The translations under genes and the position numbers were made by a program. Below the pieces are notes generated by a model. That model did no database searches. It was not told where the DNA came from and saw nothing but the letters and a program-made list of their open reading frames with translations. From assembly GCF_001447785.1 (NCBI RefSeq), contig NW_015160842.1:474477-538476 (forward strand): a stretch of DNA of 64,000 nucleotides, in the 5' to 3' direction. The stretch is from Gekko japonicus (taxonomy: Eukaryota). Position 1 is the first letter of the stretch. Each line of letters begins with the position of its first letter. Positions 51,007-61,680 of the stretch are shown in pieces.

Positions 51007-51490
51007 CAATTGGCTGTGTAGTTATCTCCCCTGTCCCCAGACCAGAGGAATACGTTTCAATCTACCATTCCAAATCAGATTAGATTCTACTATCCAATAG
51101 GTTAGGTTACAATCTACTATTCTACTCTATTATTCCAAATAAGAAATAAAATAAAATAAAGAGGACATATGGCCCTTCTGGGGGATTGGTGAGAATACAG
51201 CTGTAAGGGCTGAATGAGGTTAGCATATGTAGTGAAATAAGAAACCAGTATCCCTGTTAAGTTCTGAGGATGCCATTGTTTTGAGTGTTGCGATAATGTG
51301 CAACTCAGCACTTTTCCTTTCTAGTGTGTTCCTGAAGTTCCTTTGCAATAAAACAGCTATAAAACCGGAATAAACAAACCTTGTTATTCCTGTTTGGTCC
51401 TTGAATCTGTTAAACATCTTCATTATGCTGCATGCTGATTTGCTGCCCACCGTCTACCTATATGTATGGACTAGTAATTTCCATTTCATT

Positions 51491-51530
51491 GTATCTGAAG
51501 AAGTGCGCGCGTACACGAAAGCGTGTTCCT
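51491..51530 (+). ncRNA. Minimal type I hammerhead ribozyme motif (probably inactive)
   Basis: GTAT-CTGAAGA-A-GTG..CAC-GAAA-GC: CUGANGA and GAAA core with a short stem II in a PLE pLTR. The U before the cleavage site reads G here, versus AAAGCTTATAC in the 54396-54570 copy. Confidence 0.65.
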
Positions 51531-51579
51531 TGAATAAAGCTTTGTTGGTCTTAAAGGTGCCACTGGACTCAAACTTTCT

Positions 51580-52930
51580 GGCCAGTTCCCGCCGGCTGTT
51601 GCTGGCTTTCCCTCCTCCTCTTTCTCTCGCTGCAGCTGGCGGATTGTTTTTTTTTGACACATGTCAGCCACCTCGGGCAGCGGGAGCGGGAGGAGGAAAG
51701 AAATTCCCTACAAAATAGCAATGGTTTCGAAAAAAAGGANNNNNNNNNNNNNNNNNNNNNNNNNNNNNNNNNNNNNNNNNNNNNNNNNNNNNNNNNNNNN
51801 NNNNNNNNNNNNNNNNNNNNNNNNNNNNNNNNNNNNNNNNNNNNNNNNNNNNNNNNNNNNNNNNNNNNNNNNNNNNNNNNNNNNNNNNNNNNNNNNNNNN
51901 NNNNNNNNNNNNNNNNNNNNNNNNNNNNNNNNNNNNNNNNNNNNNNNNNNNNNNNNNNNNNNNNNNNNNNNNNNNNNNNNNNNNNNNNNNNNNNNNNNNN
52001 NNNNNNNNNNNNNNNNNNNNNNNNNNNNNNNNNNNNNNNNNNNNNNNNNNNNNNNNNNNNNNNNNNNNNNNNNNNNNNNNNNNNNNNNNNNNNNNNNNNN
52101 NNNNNNNNNNNNNNNNNNNNNNNNNNNNNNNNNNNNNNNNNNNNNNNNNNNNNNNNNNNNNNNNNNNTCCCTGAGGAGCTCGCGCTGAATGCCTGAACAG
52201 GCAGCGCGCCAACTTCTCCACAAGGAGGAGAAAGAGGAGGAGGGGGGAGAGAAAGAGGAGGAGGGGGGAGGGGAAGACCAGCCACCGCGCGCCAAACAAC
52301 AGAGGACTCTGCGCATGTACCACCTCATGCTTTCTCTGCAAAGCCGCAAAACCTCGCAGAGGCGAATGCCGGCGCGGTTGTGTGAGTCTATGTATGATAG
52401 TGTGGTCCTGACGTTTGCAAAAGGCTGCTGCCCCCTTCGCGACGCAGACGTTTCGTATATGCATTGCGCGAGATAAGGCGCCTTAGTCCTCCGCGTGGAA
52501 ACGGGGGGGGGGGGGGGGGATGGAAACTCGTGCGTTTTGCGTGTTTTTAACTACAAAGGCCGACGCTTCTCTTCTGCTGTAGAAGCGTCCGTGATCTATG
52601 GCGCTGTCAGCTGGAAACCGTTAAAAGAGAAGCCAGGGGCTCGGCGTTTAAGGCGCAGGCCCAGCAGCCCCATTCATCATTACTTCGCGGCATTTTTAAC
52701 GGCCCGCGCTTGGCTGGGGTTAACGTCTTAACAACAACTTTGACGCGCGAGCCTGAGGCTGGGTCAAACCAAAAAGGACTGTCGGCGAGCACAAGAGACC
52801 CCTGTCGAAAGAAATAACAACCGCGTTCGCCTGGGATAGGCAGGGCTTGATTTCTGACCGCGAAAACAGAAAAAAGCAGCAGGGCTTTTTAGAGAAATCA
52901 TTTTATCCACACAGCGCAGGACGAGAAAGG
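51580..52930. promoter_or_regulatory. CpG-island promoter candidate (core hidden in gap 51740-52167)
   Basis: High CpG, (GGA)n purine tracts, NRF1-like TGCGCATG near 52310, MEF2-like CTACAAAATAG near 51708, possible donor GTGAGT at 52382. Confidence 0.6.
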
Positions 52931-53609
52931 TATTATAGAGCGTTAGATAGAGTTTAAGGTCAAGTATCAAACCCCAGATTACATGAGCTCAGTTTGGCCA
53001 GAAGAGGAAAGTTAGGGCTTAGTTTTTACATTATTTTTTGCCATATGTGTACAATGCCACAGAGTGAGAACCTAGATACTTCCACTTTCCAGCCCAGGAT
53101 TCCCAAGATGGCTTACAACAACAATAAAACAAGAAAACTGCTAATCATAAAATGAACAGAGTGAGTTCAGAGCATTAAATGCCTGGGTGAATCATAATGA
53201 TTTTAATTTGGTACCTAAAAAAATGAAGGTAGACAACATGAATGGATGTGGGATGAGAGAGTTCTATAAATAAGGTTTTATACCCCTGTTCTTCCTCTGT
53301 CTTTTTCCTCCTGCATTTTCCCCTATGGCTTTCTACTGTCTTTAAGAATCTGAACAACAACAAAAAGAAAATGATGGTAGTGTCACTGGTAAATCTCATT
53401 TTGGATAGAGGTGCAACCCTATTGGTCTGGATCCACCTCTTGAAGACCAATGACTTAGTAAAGGTGAAAAGAAACATCCAACAAAGTGAAAGCTAGGAGA
53501 ATATGTTTGAAAGCATGGGAGAAGGAAATTGGCTCTAAAACATGTCTTCTGCCCATGCTAGGACAGCTGGTGGGTGTGATTGTCACAGTGGGCTCATTGT
53601 TTAGTGTTG

Positions 53610-53977
53610 GGCGCCGGTCACACAGGCCAGATATCGCGGGGGGGCGTGGCGTGGCTAATTGCCCCAGTGCAGTTTGATGCGCGATTACGCGATCAGACGC
53701 ACCGGCGGCACACCACGGGTCCTTCCCTTGGCACCGGCGGGTAAATGAGGGACCGGAGGGGAATGCTGCGCGCTGGTGTGATCACACCACGGGTGTCTGG
53801 AGGCAGCCCGTGGCAAACGTTTACGAGTACCTTGGAGGTACTAGTTTTTTAAGGCGCATTGTCGGCGGTAAGCCACCGGTGCGCTCCACTTCCCAGATGT
53901 TGGGGTGTGATCGCGGCCGGATAATCTGCCCACCATCCGTGCCTCTCCCGCGGCAACTTTGCCGTGTGACCGGGGCC
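53610..53977. mobile_element. PIF/Harbinger-like MITE, CpG-rich
   Basis: TIRs GGCGCCGGTCACACAG / CCGTGTGACCGGGGCC (14/16). 3-bp TSD TTG (53607-53609, 53978-53980). Confidence 0.8.
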
Positions 53978-54395
53978 TTGGATGAGCTATTTTCTCACTG
54001 TACCTACTTGTGATTGGAACTGAAAAGCATTTTGCAGATTTCTGTGTTCTGTTTTTACATGTACCAGGGTATGAATACACTGGCTCCATGCTTATTAGCT
54101 GTATTTCCCCCATATTGGATAAGCTGTAGAGGCGGAAAGCTGGTCAGTCGGCTGGTTCCTACATAGTCTAGAGACAAGCGGTTCTTTGCACGGGTGAGTT
54201 GGGTCGGGCAGTCACAGTGATGAAGGGTGTGAAAATGAGGCTGGAAGAAACTCAGAAACCTCTTTCTCAAGAGTTGAATACCATAAGAAGGTGTTGTGGG
54301 AATGTGATTGGTATGGCTTGAGAAACAGAGGTGCTGTAGAATGAGTAGGTGAGGCTTAGGGTGGCTGAAGAATAACATCAGAAGCTTTGTTCCAG

Positions 54396-54570
54396 CTCAA
54401 ACTTTGATTTCAGTGGCACCTTAAGACCAACACAGTTTTTCTCGGTATAAGCTTCTTGTGTGCATGCAAAAGCTTATACCCAGAATTAAACTTTGTTGGT
54501 CTTAAAGGTGCCACTGGACTCAGACGTTGTTCTGTTTGTGACTCAGACCAACATGGCTACCCACCTGAAT
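54396..54570 (+). mobile_element. Fold-back PLE pLTR insertion with 11-bp TSD
   Basis: Arms CAGTGGCACCTTAAGACCAAC..GGTATAAGCTT / AAGCTTATACC..GTTGGTCTTAAAGGTGCCACTG around TGCATGCA. TSD CTTTGTTCCAG (54385-54395, 54571-54581). Confidence 0.85.
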
Positions 54571-55552
54571 CTTTGTTCCAGGTCCTTAATGTAATTTTAG
54601 GTTTTCATCCTGGAAGTGTATAATCTTGAAACAGTTTCTTCTTAGATATAAATTCAAGTTATAAATAATTTGTTCTAGAGTTAGTCAGTTGGAGTGAATG
54701 GCCCTATTCTGCTGGTAGAGTTGTGGCCTCAGCTTCACTACTAATTTTTCTTAAAGATTTGTAGCCAAGCATCGAAAGAGTCTTTGCTGGTGTTATTTTG
54801 AAAACAAAAGACACTAATGTTTTGAATTCTACATCCACAAATCTCTCCCTTGAACATGTGCAACAGACGAATCTCCAAAAATTGCGGAGCCTGACATGGT
54901 GTATAACATTCCACTAGAGAGTTTTATACTTCAGTTTAAGTCCCCAGGGTAGTTTTAGTGGGTTAGCACTTCCCCTATTGCTGTGTAGCTGTATAATAAG
55001 TGAAGATGTACCACACTCTAAATGCTTAAGTGCTTTATCTTACAATGCATTCCCAGTAAAGGTCAACATAAATTCATCTTCCATTGATGCAGTATTTGTT
55101 TTTGGCTTCTAAAGCGGTTTGTGGGGTGGCTGGAATAGAATTTCCATTAAAATGTAAACAATGGATGGACAGGTATATGGAGCTACTGCTGGCCATTTGG
55201 CAGCATTTTCTTTTGTTTATGTGTAATTGGGTGTTTCAGGGAGCTCTTAAGCAGAGATGTGCCTCTAGTAAGCACTCTACAATATTCCTTGACCTCATCT
55301 TTCCATAACCAGTGAGGCTGCTTCTCACACTACTTCCTAAAGGTACTATTGTGCACACCTGTGGCATAAGAGCTGTGAAACTTTAAAGTCAGCACACACA
55401 TCTGTTTCTAAGAGAAAATTAGTGATTGGCAAAACTCCTGAAACACCTCCAGGGGTTGCGTATATTCTTTTTGAAATATGCATGTGGTTTATAAAGTTAC
55501 CTTTTCCAACATTATATTTTCATGCATCATAAGACACTGTTGGATCTGTTGT

Positions 55553-55813
55553 GCCAGTTTGGTGTAGCGGTTAAGTGCGCGGACTCTAATCTGGGAGAAC
55601 CGGGTTTGATTCCCCACTCCTCCACTTGCACCTGGCTGGATGACCTTGGAAGAGCTGTTCTTGAAAAAGTTTCTGTCAAGAGCTCTCTCAGCCCCAACTA
55701 CCTCACAGGGTGTCTGTTGTGGGGAGGGGAAGGGAAAGGAGTTTGTAAGCCGCTCTGAGACACCTTTGGGTAGTGAAGGGCGGGGTATAAATCCAATCTC
55801 TTCTTCTTCTTCT
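55553..55813 (+). mobile_element. Full-length Squam3-like tRNA-derived SINE
   Basis: Pol III box A TGGTGTAGCGG, box B-like GGTTTGATTCCC, tail (TTC)n. Confidence 0.88.
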
Positions 55814-55894
55814 TGTGTGAAATATGCAAAATAATGCTGCAATACTAAGTTATAATTCCTGTTGAACTCAATGAAGAAGTAAACATGTTTAGGA

Positions 55895-57250
55895 TTTATT
55901 TAAATCATTTATTAGCTGCCTTTCTATCTTACAGAAACTCAAGGCCCCTTACAAAGTGAATAATAATAATAAAAAATACATATAGATTTCTAGTTAAAAA
56001 CAATAATTTAAAACTGCTGGTAGGCAGAAGAACTAATCAAATACCATAATGAATAAAACTGTCTTTGGTTACCTCCTAAAGATTGAGAGTGAGGGGGCTA
56101 AAAGCCACACCTCCTTGGAGAGGTTGTTCCATAACCATGGGGCTGCCACTGAAAAGGTCCTGTGTATGCACCAGAGGAACTTCTGTGGATTATGGGACTG
56201 TTAAGAGGGCCTTGTGATCTTAGTTTTCAAGGATGAGCATGGGAGAAGAGAGTCCTTCAGCTACCCTAGTCCCAAACCATGCAGGGTTTTAAAGGTCAAA
56301 ATCAACACCTTGAATTGGGCTTGGGAGTGGATCAGAAGCCAGGTGTAATTGCTGTAATATGGGGGTCACATGATCCTTCTAACTGGCTGTGACCAGCAGT
56401 CTAGCTGCAGCATTCTGCACCAGTTGCAGCTTCTGAACACTCTTCAATGGTAGCTCCAAGTATTGTAATTGTCCAGTCTAGATGTAACTAAGGCATGGAT
56501 AACTGGCCAGATCAGACTGAGCCAGGAATGGGTGCAGCTGACACACCAGCCAAAGCTGGGCAAGTGCACTCTGAGCCAGCACAGCTGCCTGGTTTTCTAA
56601 GGTGACCACTTTGTTGAGCAGCACTGCCAAGCTTTTTAAGGGAAGTATGACCCCATCCAAGGCTGGAGACATCTGAAATCCCTGGTCTGCATTTCTACTA
56701 ACCCAGAACAACTCTATCTTGTCAGGGTTAAGTTTCAGCTTGTTTACCCTCATCCAGCCCATTACTGACTCCAAGCACTGGTTTAGAATATCAATAGCTT
56801 TCTCGGAATTAGATGGAAAAGAAAGGTAGAGGTGGGTATCATTTGTATTGTGGTGACACCATAGCCCAGACCTCCTGATGACTTCACCAGTGGCTTCATG
56901 TAGACATTAAATAGCATGGGGGATAAGATTGAACCCTGTGGCACCTCACAGGCCAAACTGCTATGGAACACAGCAGTAATCCCTCAGCAACAACTTCTGG
57001 GACCGGCTTCCCAGGTAAAGACTCAAACCACTGTAACTTGGTGCCCCTTAGTCCCAGAACTGAGAGGAAGCTCAGTAGGGTACCATGGTCAATGGTATTG
57101 AAGGCTGCTGAGAGATCCAACAACAACATTCCCATGTCTAGTTTTCGGTAGATTGAAATGTGTCCTGAGAATCAGTTTCTTCCAAGAGCCCCGGACATGA
57201 AACGCAACCACCCACTCTAGCACCTTGCTCAAGAATGAAAGATTGGAGAC
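55895..57250 (-). mobile_element. L2 LINE (RT to 3' end), degraded
   Basis: [31 protein letters not shown] and WMRVNKLKLNPDKIE. Confidence 0.92.
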
Positions 57251-59443
57251 TGGATTGTGCTATACAATTGCATTCTGAAGCACACTTGTGTGTGTGTTAA
57301 GTGTCATCAGGTCACTTCTGATTTATGGTGATCTGATGAATTAATGTCCTCCAAAATGTCCTATCGTTAACAGCCTTGCTCAGGCCTCACAATCTTTTAT
57401 TGAGTCAATCTACCTCCTGTTGGGTCTTCCTCTTTTCCTGCTGCCTTCAACTTTTACTAGCATTATTGTCTTTATCATTGAGTCTTGTCATAATGTGTCT
57501 AAAGTACGATAACCACAGTTCAGTCATTTTAGCTTCTTGGGAGAATTCAGGCTTGATTTAATCTAGAACCCACTTATTTGTCTTTTTGGCAGTCCACGGT
57601 ATTCATAAAACTCACCTCCAACACCACATTTCAAAGGGATCTACCTTCTTTCTGTCAGCTTACTTTCTTGTCCAACTTTCACACCCATAAATAGTAATGG
57701 GGAATACTGTGGCATGAATTAACTTGATCTTGGTCACCGGTGACACATCGTTACACAGGGCCCTGATCTCGATAGGGAGCATGTTCCACCAGGTGGGGGC
57801 CAGGGCAGAAAAAGCTCTGGCCCTGGTCGAGGCTAAGTGGACGTCCTTTGGGCCAGGGATCACCAGGAGATGTTGACTCTTGGAGTGTAACGTTCTCCGA
57901 GGCATATATGGGAAGAGGCGGTCCCTTTCCCCCCATATTTGTTTTCCATATTTGTTGGCACAATCTTGTTAATATTTTGATGGACCATTTCTGTGGCTTG
58001 GAATAGGTGTATTCATATCCCATCTGCTCTTGCTGATTTGCTTCTCCCAATTGTTCTCGGTGTAGCTTCACTTTCTAAAACTAGATTCATCTTCAAAAGA
58101 TTTTTCTTGGAAGGAATCTGTCATCCTTTCATCTATTTTGTATAGTTCTTTAGTGTATTGTTCCCATCTTTTCTTTATTTTGCCCTGTTCAGGTAATGTA
58201 TTTCCATGTTAATCTTTCAACATGCCTAACCATGCCTTAAATTTCCTTTTTGGTTTCTTGGATCTTGTGGAACAGATCTTTCGTTCTTCCTTTTTTGTTG
58301 TTCTCTTCTATTTCTTTACACTGGTTATTGTAATAGGTTTTTTTTGTCTCTACATGTGAGTCACAGGAATGCTACATTTAGACTTTTGATTTTGTTTCTG
58401 TTACCTTTACTTTTGTTTCTTTGTCTATAGCAATTGTAAGAGTTTCATCAGTCATGCACCGAGGCTTTTATTTTCTTTTGGCTACAGGGATAGTCTTTTT
58501 ACATACTTTCTTGAAAATATCTCTGGTTTCAACCCATAGTTCTTGTGGTTCATGTTAATTTGAGTTTAATAATTCAAATCTGTTCTTTACATGGTCTTTA
58601 AACTCTTCGGGAATGATGCTTAGAGTGTATTTTGGCACTATGAATGCTTTGGTGTTTTTCTTCAGCTTTATTCTAATTTTTGATATTAACATTTCATAGT
58701 CTGTACCACAATCAGCTCCTGGTCTTGTTTTAGCAGAAAGAATAGAGCTTCTCGGCTTCTGCTTCTGATAATGTAACCTATTTGATTTCTATGATGTCCA
58801 GGTATACAATCGTCTGTTTGGTTGCCTGAAACATGTGTTTTCAATCAATAAATTGTTGTCTTCACAGAATTCTATAATTCGCTCTCCTGCTTCATTTCAT
58901 GATCCTAGCCCAAATCTTCTGACAGTTTTTAATTCTGCTTTGTTTCCTAATTTTGTGTTCCAGTCACCTATGATTATCAGCACATCTTGCTTGTGTGTGT
59001 GATCAATTTTTTCCTGGACACTTGCATAAAAGTTTTCCGTTTCTTCCTCATCAGCATCTGTAATTGCAGTGTAGACTTGGAACGATGGTTATATTGATAA
59101 ACTTTCCATGACTGATATTATTCAGTCAGATTTTGTGTTATAGCCCCTGACTGCCTGTGCTACATCTCGGCTCACTATTAGAGCAATTATATTTCTTATG
59201 TGTTGTCATTCCTTGGGTAAAGCACTTTGTAATTTTCTGACTGATAATGTCCTAATCCAGTCCACTTTAGTTCAGTAACTCTCAGGACTGCAGTGTTTAA
59301 ACATTCCATTTCTTTTCAAGCTTACCTTGATTCATACTTCTCACATTCCACGTTCCTATTATATGCGTCAAACAGCTTTGGACTTTGCTTTTACATGTTC
59401 TTTCGGCTTTAGTCCAGTTGTATCATTAAGAATAGCTCTAGTC

Positions 59444-59817
59444 CAATTCCAATTCCAATAACCTTTATTGACATAACAATAGCTTTAAAGAAAAAATAAG
59501 TACAAGTCAGCCCATATGCCAACGAACAGAAACCATCAAAGTATAGCAATTTGTATCGTTAATAATAATAATAATAATAATAGGAGAAAGTGATAAAAGT
59601 TTGGAACAGTAATCTCGAGTAATTAAAACAGTTACAGTAATAAACTTACCTATCTGAAACGGAATCATAGATACACCTTCTCTCTCTCACTTGTCTCTCT
59701 CTCCTTATCTCACCACCTCCTTCCCTCTTCCCTCTTTTCTTTCCTCTTTTTCTCGGTCCCTGAGTATATTTGCCAGGAACTCTGCCACCTGCTCAGTAAC
59801 TTTGGGTTTTTTTGTCC
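59444..59817 (-). mobile_element. 5'-truncated LINE 3' end (tentatively RTE-X-like) with 14-bp TSD
   Basis: ORF end KVTEQVAEFLANILRDR..., CAATAAAGG followed by (TTGGAA)n. TSD GAATAGCTCTAGTC / GAATAGCACTAGTC. Confidence 0.65.
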
Positions 59818-60139
59818 GAATAGCACTAGTCATAATTGTCCTCAGCTCTTCCCCAGTAGCTGATTGAGTGCCATTCAACCTGGAGATTCCATCTTCCAGC
59901 ACTATATCTTTTTTTTCATTTTGGATTGTCTTATAGGTTTTCGAGGGAAGAGCTGGCTGAAAGTGGTTTACCATTGCCTTCTATGCAGTACTAACTGGGG
60001 TTATCTGAAGTGACACTGCTGTTGTCTATGAAAGATCCCCCGCCAGTGTCACCTTTCACTACTACTGCTGCTCAGTAGCTGCCCTTTAAGGATTCCTCCA
60101 CCCCCATCACTATTGGAACAGTCTGTTCTCTTCTGCTGA

Positions 60140-60672
60140 TAAGAACATAAGAGAAGCCAATGTTGGATCAGGCCAAAGGCCCATCCAGTCCAACACTCTG
60201 TCACACAGTGGCCAAAAAATACCAGGTGCCATCAGGAGGTCCAGCAGTGGGGCCAGGACACTAGAAGCCCTCCCACTGTTGCCCCCCCAAGCACCAAGAA
60301 TACAGAGCATCACTTGCCCCAGGGTTCTTATCTATACCTTGTGGCCACTGATGGACCTCTGCTCCATACGTTTATCTAACTCCCTCTTGAAGCCATCCAT
60401 GCTTGTAGCCGCCACCACCTCCTGTGGCAGTGAATTCTATATGTTAATCACTCTTTGGGTGAAGAAGTATTTTCTTTTATCTGTTCTAAGCTGACTACCC
60501 AGCAATTTCTTTGAGTGCCCACGAGCTCTTGTACTGTGAGAAAGGGAGAAAAGTACTTCTTTCTCTACCTGCTCTATCCCATGCATAATCTTATAAACCT
60601 CAATCATGTCACCCCTCAGCTGTCGTTTCTCCAAGCTAAAGAGCCCCAAGCGCTTTAACCTTTCTTCATAGG
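60140..60672 (-). mobile_element. CR1 LINE 3' end
   Basis: GLFSLEKRQLRGDMIEVYKIMHG...RKYFFTQRVI, with terminus CTTATGTTCTTA. Confidence 0.93.
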
Positions 60673-61365
60673 GACGTGGCCATTGATCCCTGAAGGGGGT
60701 GGATGCATCTTATTCTGGTGTCTCAGCTGTGATCGTTCCACCTCGAGTGACTTTGGTAGGAGTTTAGACCCTTACAGTATTGCTCTCAGCTACTGACACA
60801 CATAGTAGGACATAAAGTCTTGTTACTCTGTCCCTCTTTGAGTATGAATTCCTCATAAACAAGTTCAAGATCAGTCTGTAAAGCCTTTTAAAAGCTGCTT
60901 TTACAGTAGGGCACATTTGTCTTGTGCAGTCATCTGCAACTGGAATTGAAAATTGGGTTTCATGTTTAACTCAATACAGTACTTTATCCCACATAATATC
61001 TAGCAGTTTTAGACCCCTCAGAGAAGATCCTACTGTATATTTACTTGGAACAAAGTCCAATTCAGCAAAGGTTCTGCTTCTTCCTACAATTTTTCCTGTT
61101 CCTTTGGTTTATAGCCAAATTATAATTAAGTATTGATTCATGAATGCTGTGTGGAGAACAGGAATTAAGTACTGCTTTTCATTTTGCAGCCAAAGCCACG
61201 GCTCATAATTTGTTTTTTCAGATTGCAGTAATATGATTACAAACTTAAAAGCATGAACATAAAATAAAATAATGAGTACCAGCTTTAGCTATTTATCTAG
61301 CAAAGTGAAGACCTGTCCCCACTGGAACTGATAATTAAAAATTGATTTGGGAAGCTGAAGTTGGA

Positions 61366-61680
61366 TGTGTGTGTGTGTGTGTCTGTGTATTAAGCACTGT
61401 TAAGCGGCTTCTGCCTTAGGGCTATCCTATGAATTAATGACCTCCAAAACGTTCAACCACTGACAGCCTTGCTTAGGTCTCGCAAACTGAGGGCCATGGT
61501 TTTCTTGATTGAGGCAGTCCTTCTCATGCAGGTCAGGTCTTTTTTTCCTGCTTTCTTCAACTTTTCCTAGCATTATTGTCATTTCCAGTGAATCTTGTCT
61601 TCTCATAAAGTGCCCAAAGTACAGTAGCCTCAGTTTGGTCATTTTAGCTTCTAGAGAGAGTTCAGGTTTCATATGGTTCT
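61366..61680 (-). mobile_element. RTE LINE 3' fragment
   Basis: SLEAKMTKLRLLYFGHFMRRQDSLEMTIMLGKVE, with a (CA)n tail. Confidence 0.88.

Larger units (their letters stand above)
50221..51577 (-). mobile_element. Penelope-like element (PLE): GIY-YIG endonuclease C-terminus, pLTR, and 5' inverted pLTR copy
   Basis: 51360-51220 encodes IAVLLQRNFRNTLERKSAELHII...LNRDTGFLFHY. 51361-51577 is an inverted copy of ~50250-50410. Flanks CTTTCCGACCAA / CTTTCTGGCCAG are a possible decayed TSD. Confidence 0.85.
57288..60800 (-). mobile_element. Internally deleted RTE/BovB-clade LINE with nested insertions
   Basis: FPITIYGCESWT, endonuclease motifs (IIGDWN, GADCGTDY), EDGISRLNGTQSATGEE 5' region. Interrupted by an L2 piece (57751-57935), a LINE end (59444-59817) and CR1 (60140-60672). 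Confidence 0.85.

Noticed and set aside
6000-52464. Long ORFs containing X runs (6000-6437, 38005-38647, 48255-49308, 51569-52464)
   Set aside because: They are artefacts of translating through N gaps.
37500-53000. Naming the neighbouring developmental gene
   Set aside because: No coding sequence is visible and I do not recognise the non-coding blocks.
31620-53345. Partial matches to miR-137 (31624), miR-124 (42722) and miR-135 (53324)
   Set aside because: Only 9-11 nt match and there is no precursor hairpin.
55553-55625. tRNA gene
   Set aside because: It is a SINE head, repeated in the window with the same core and tail.
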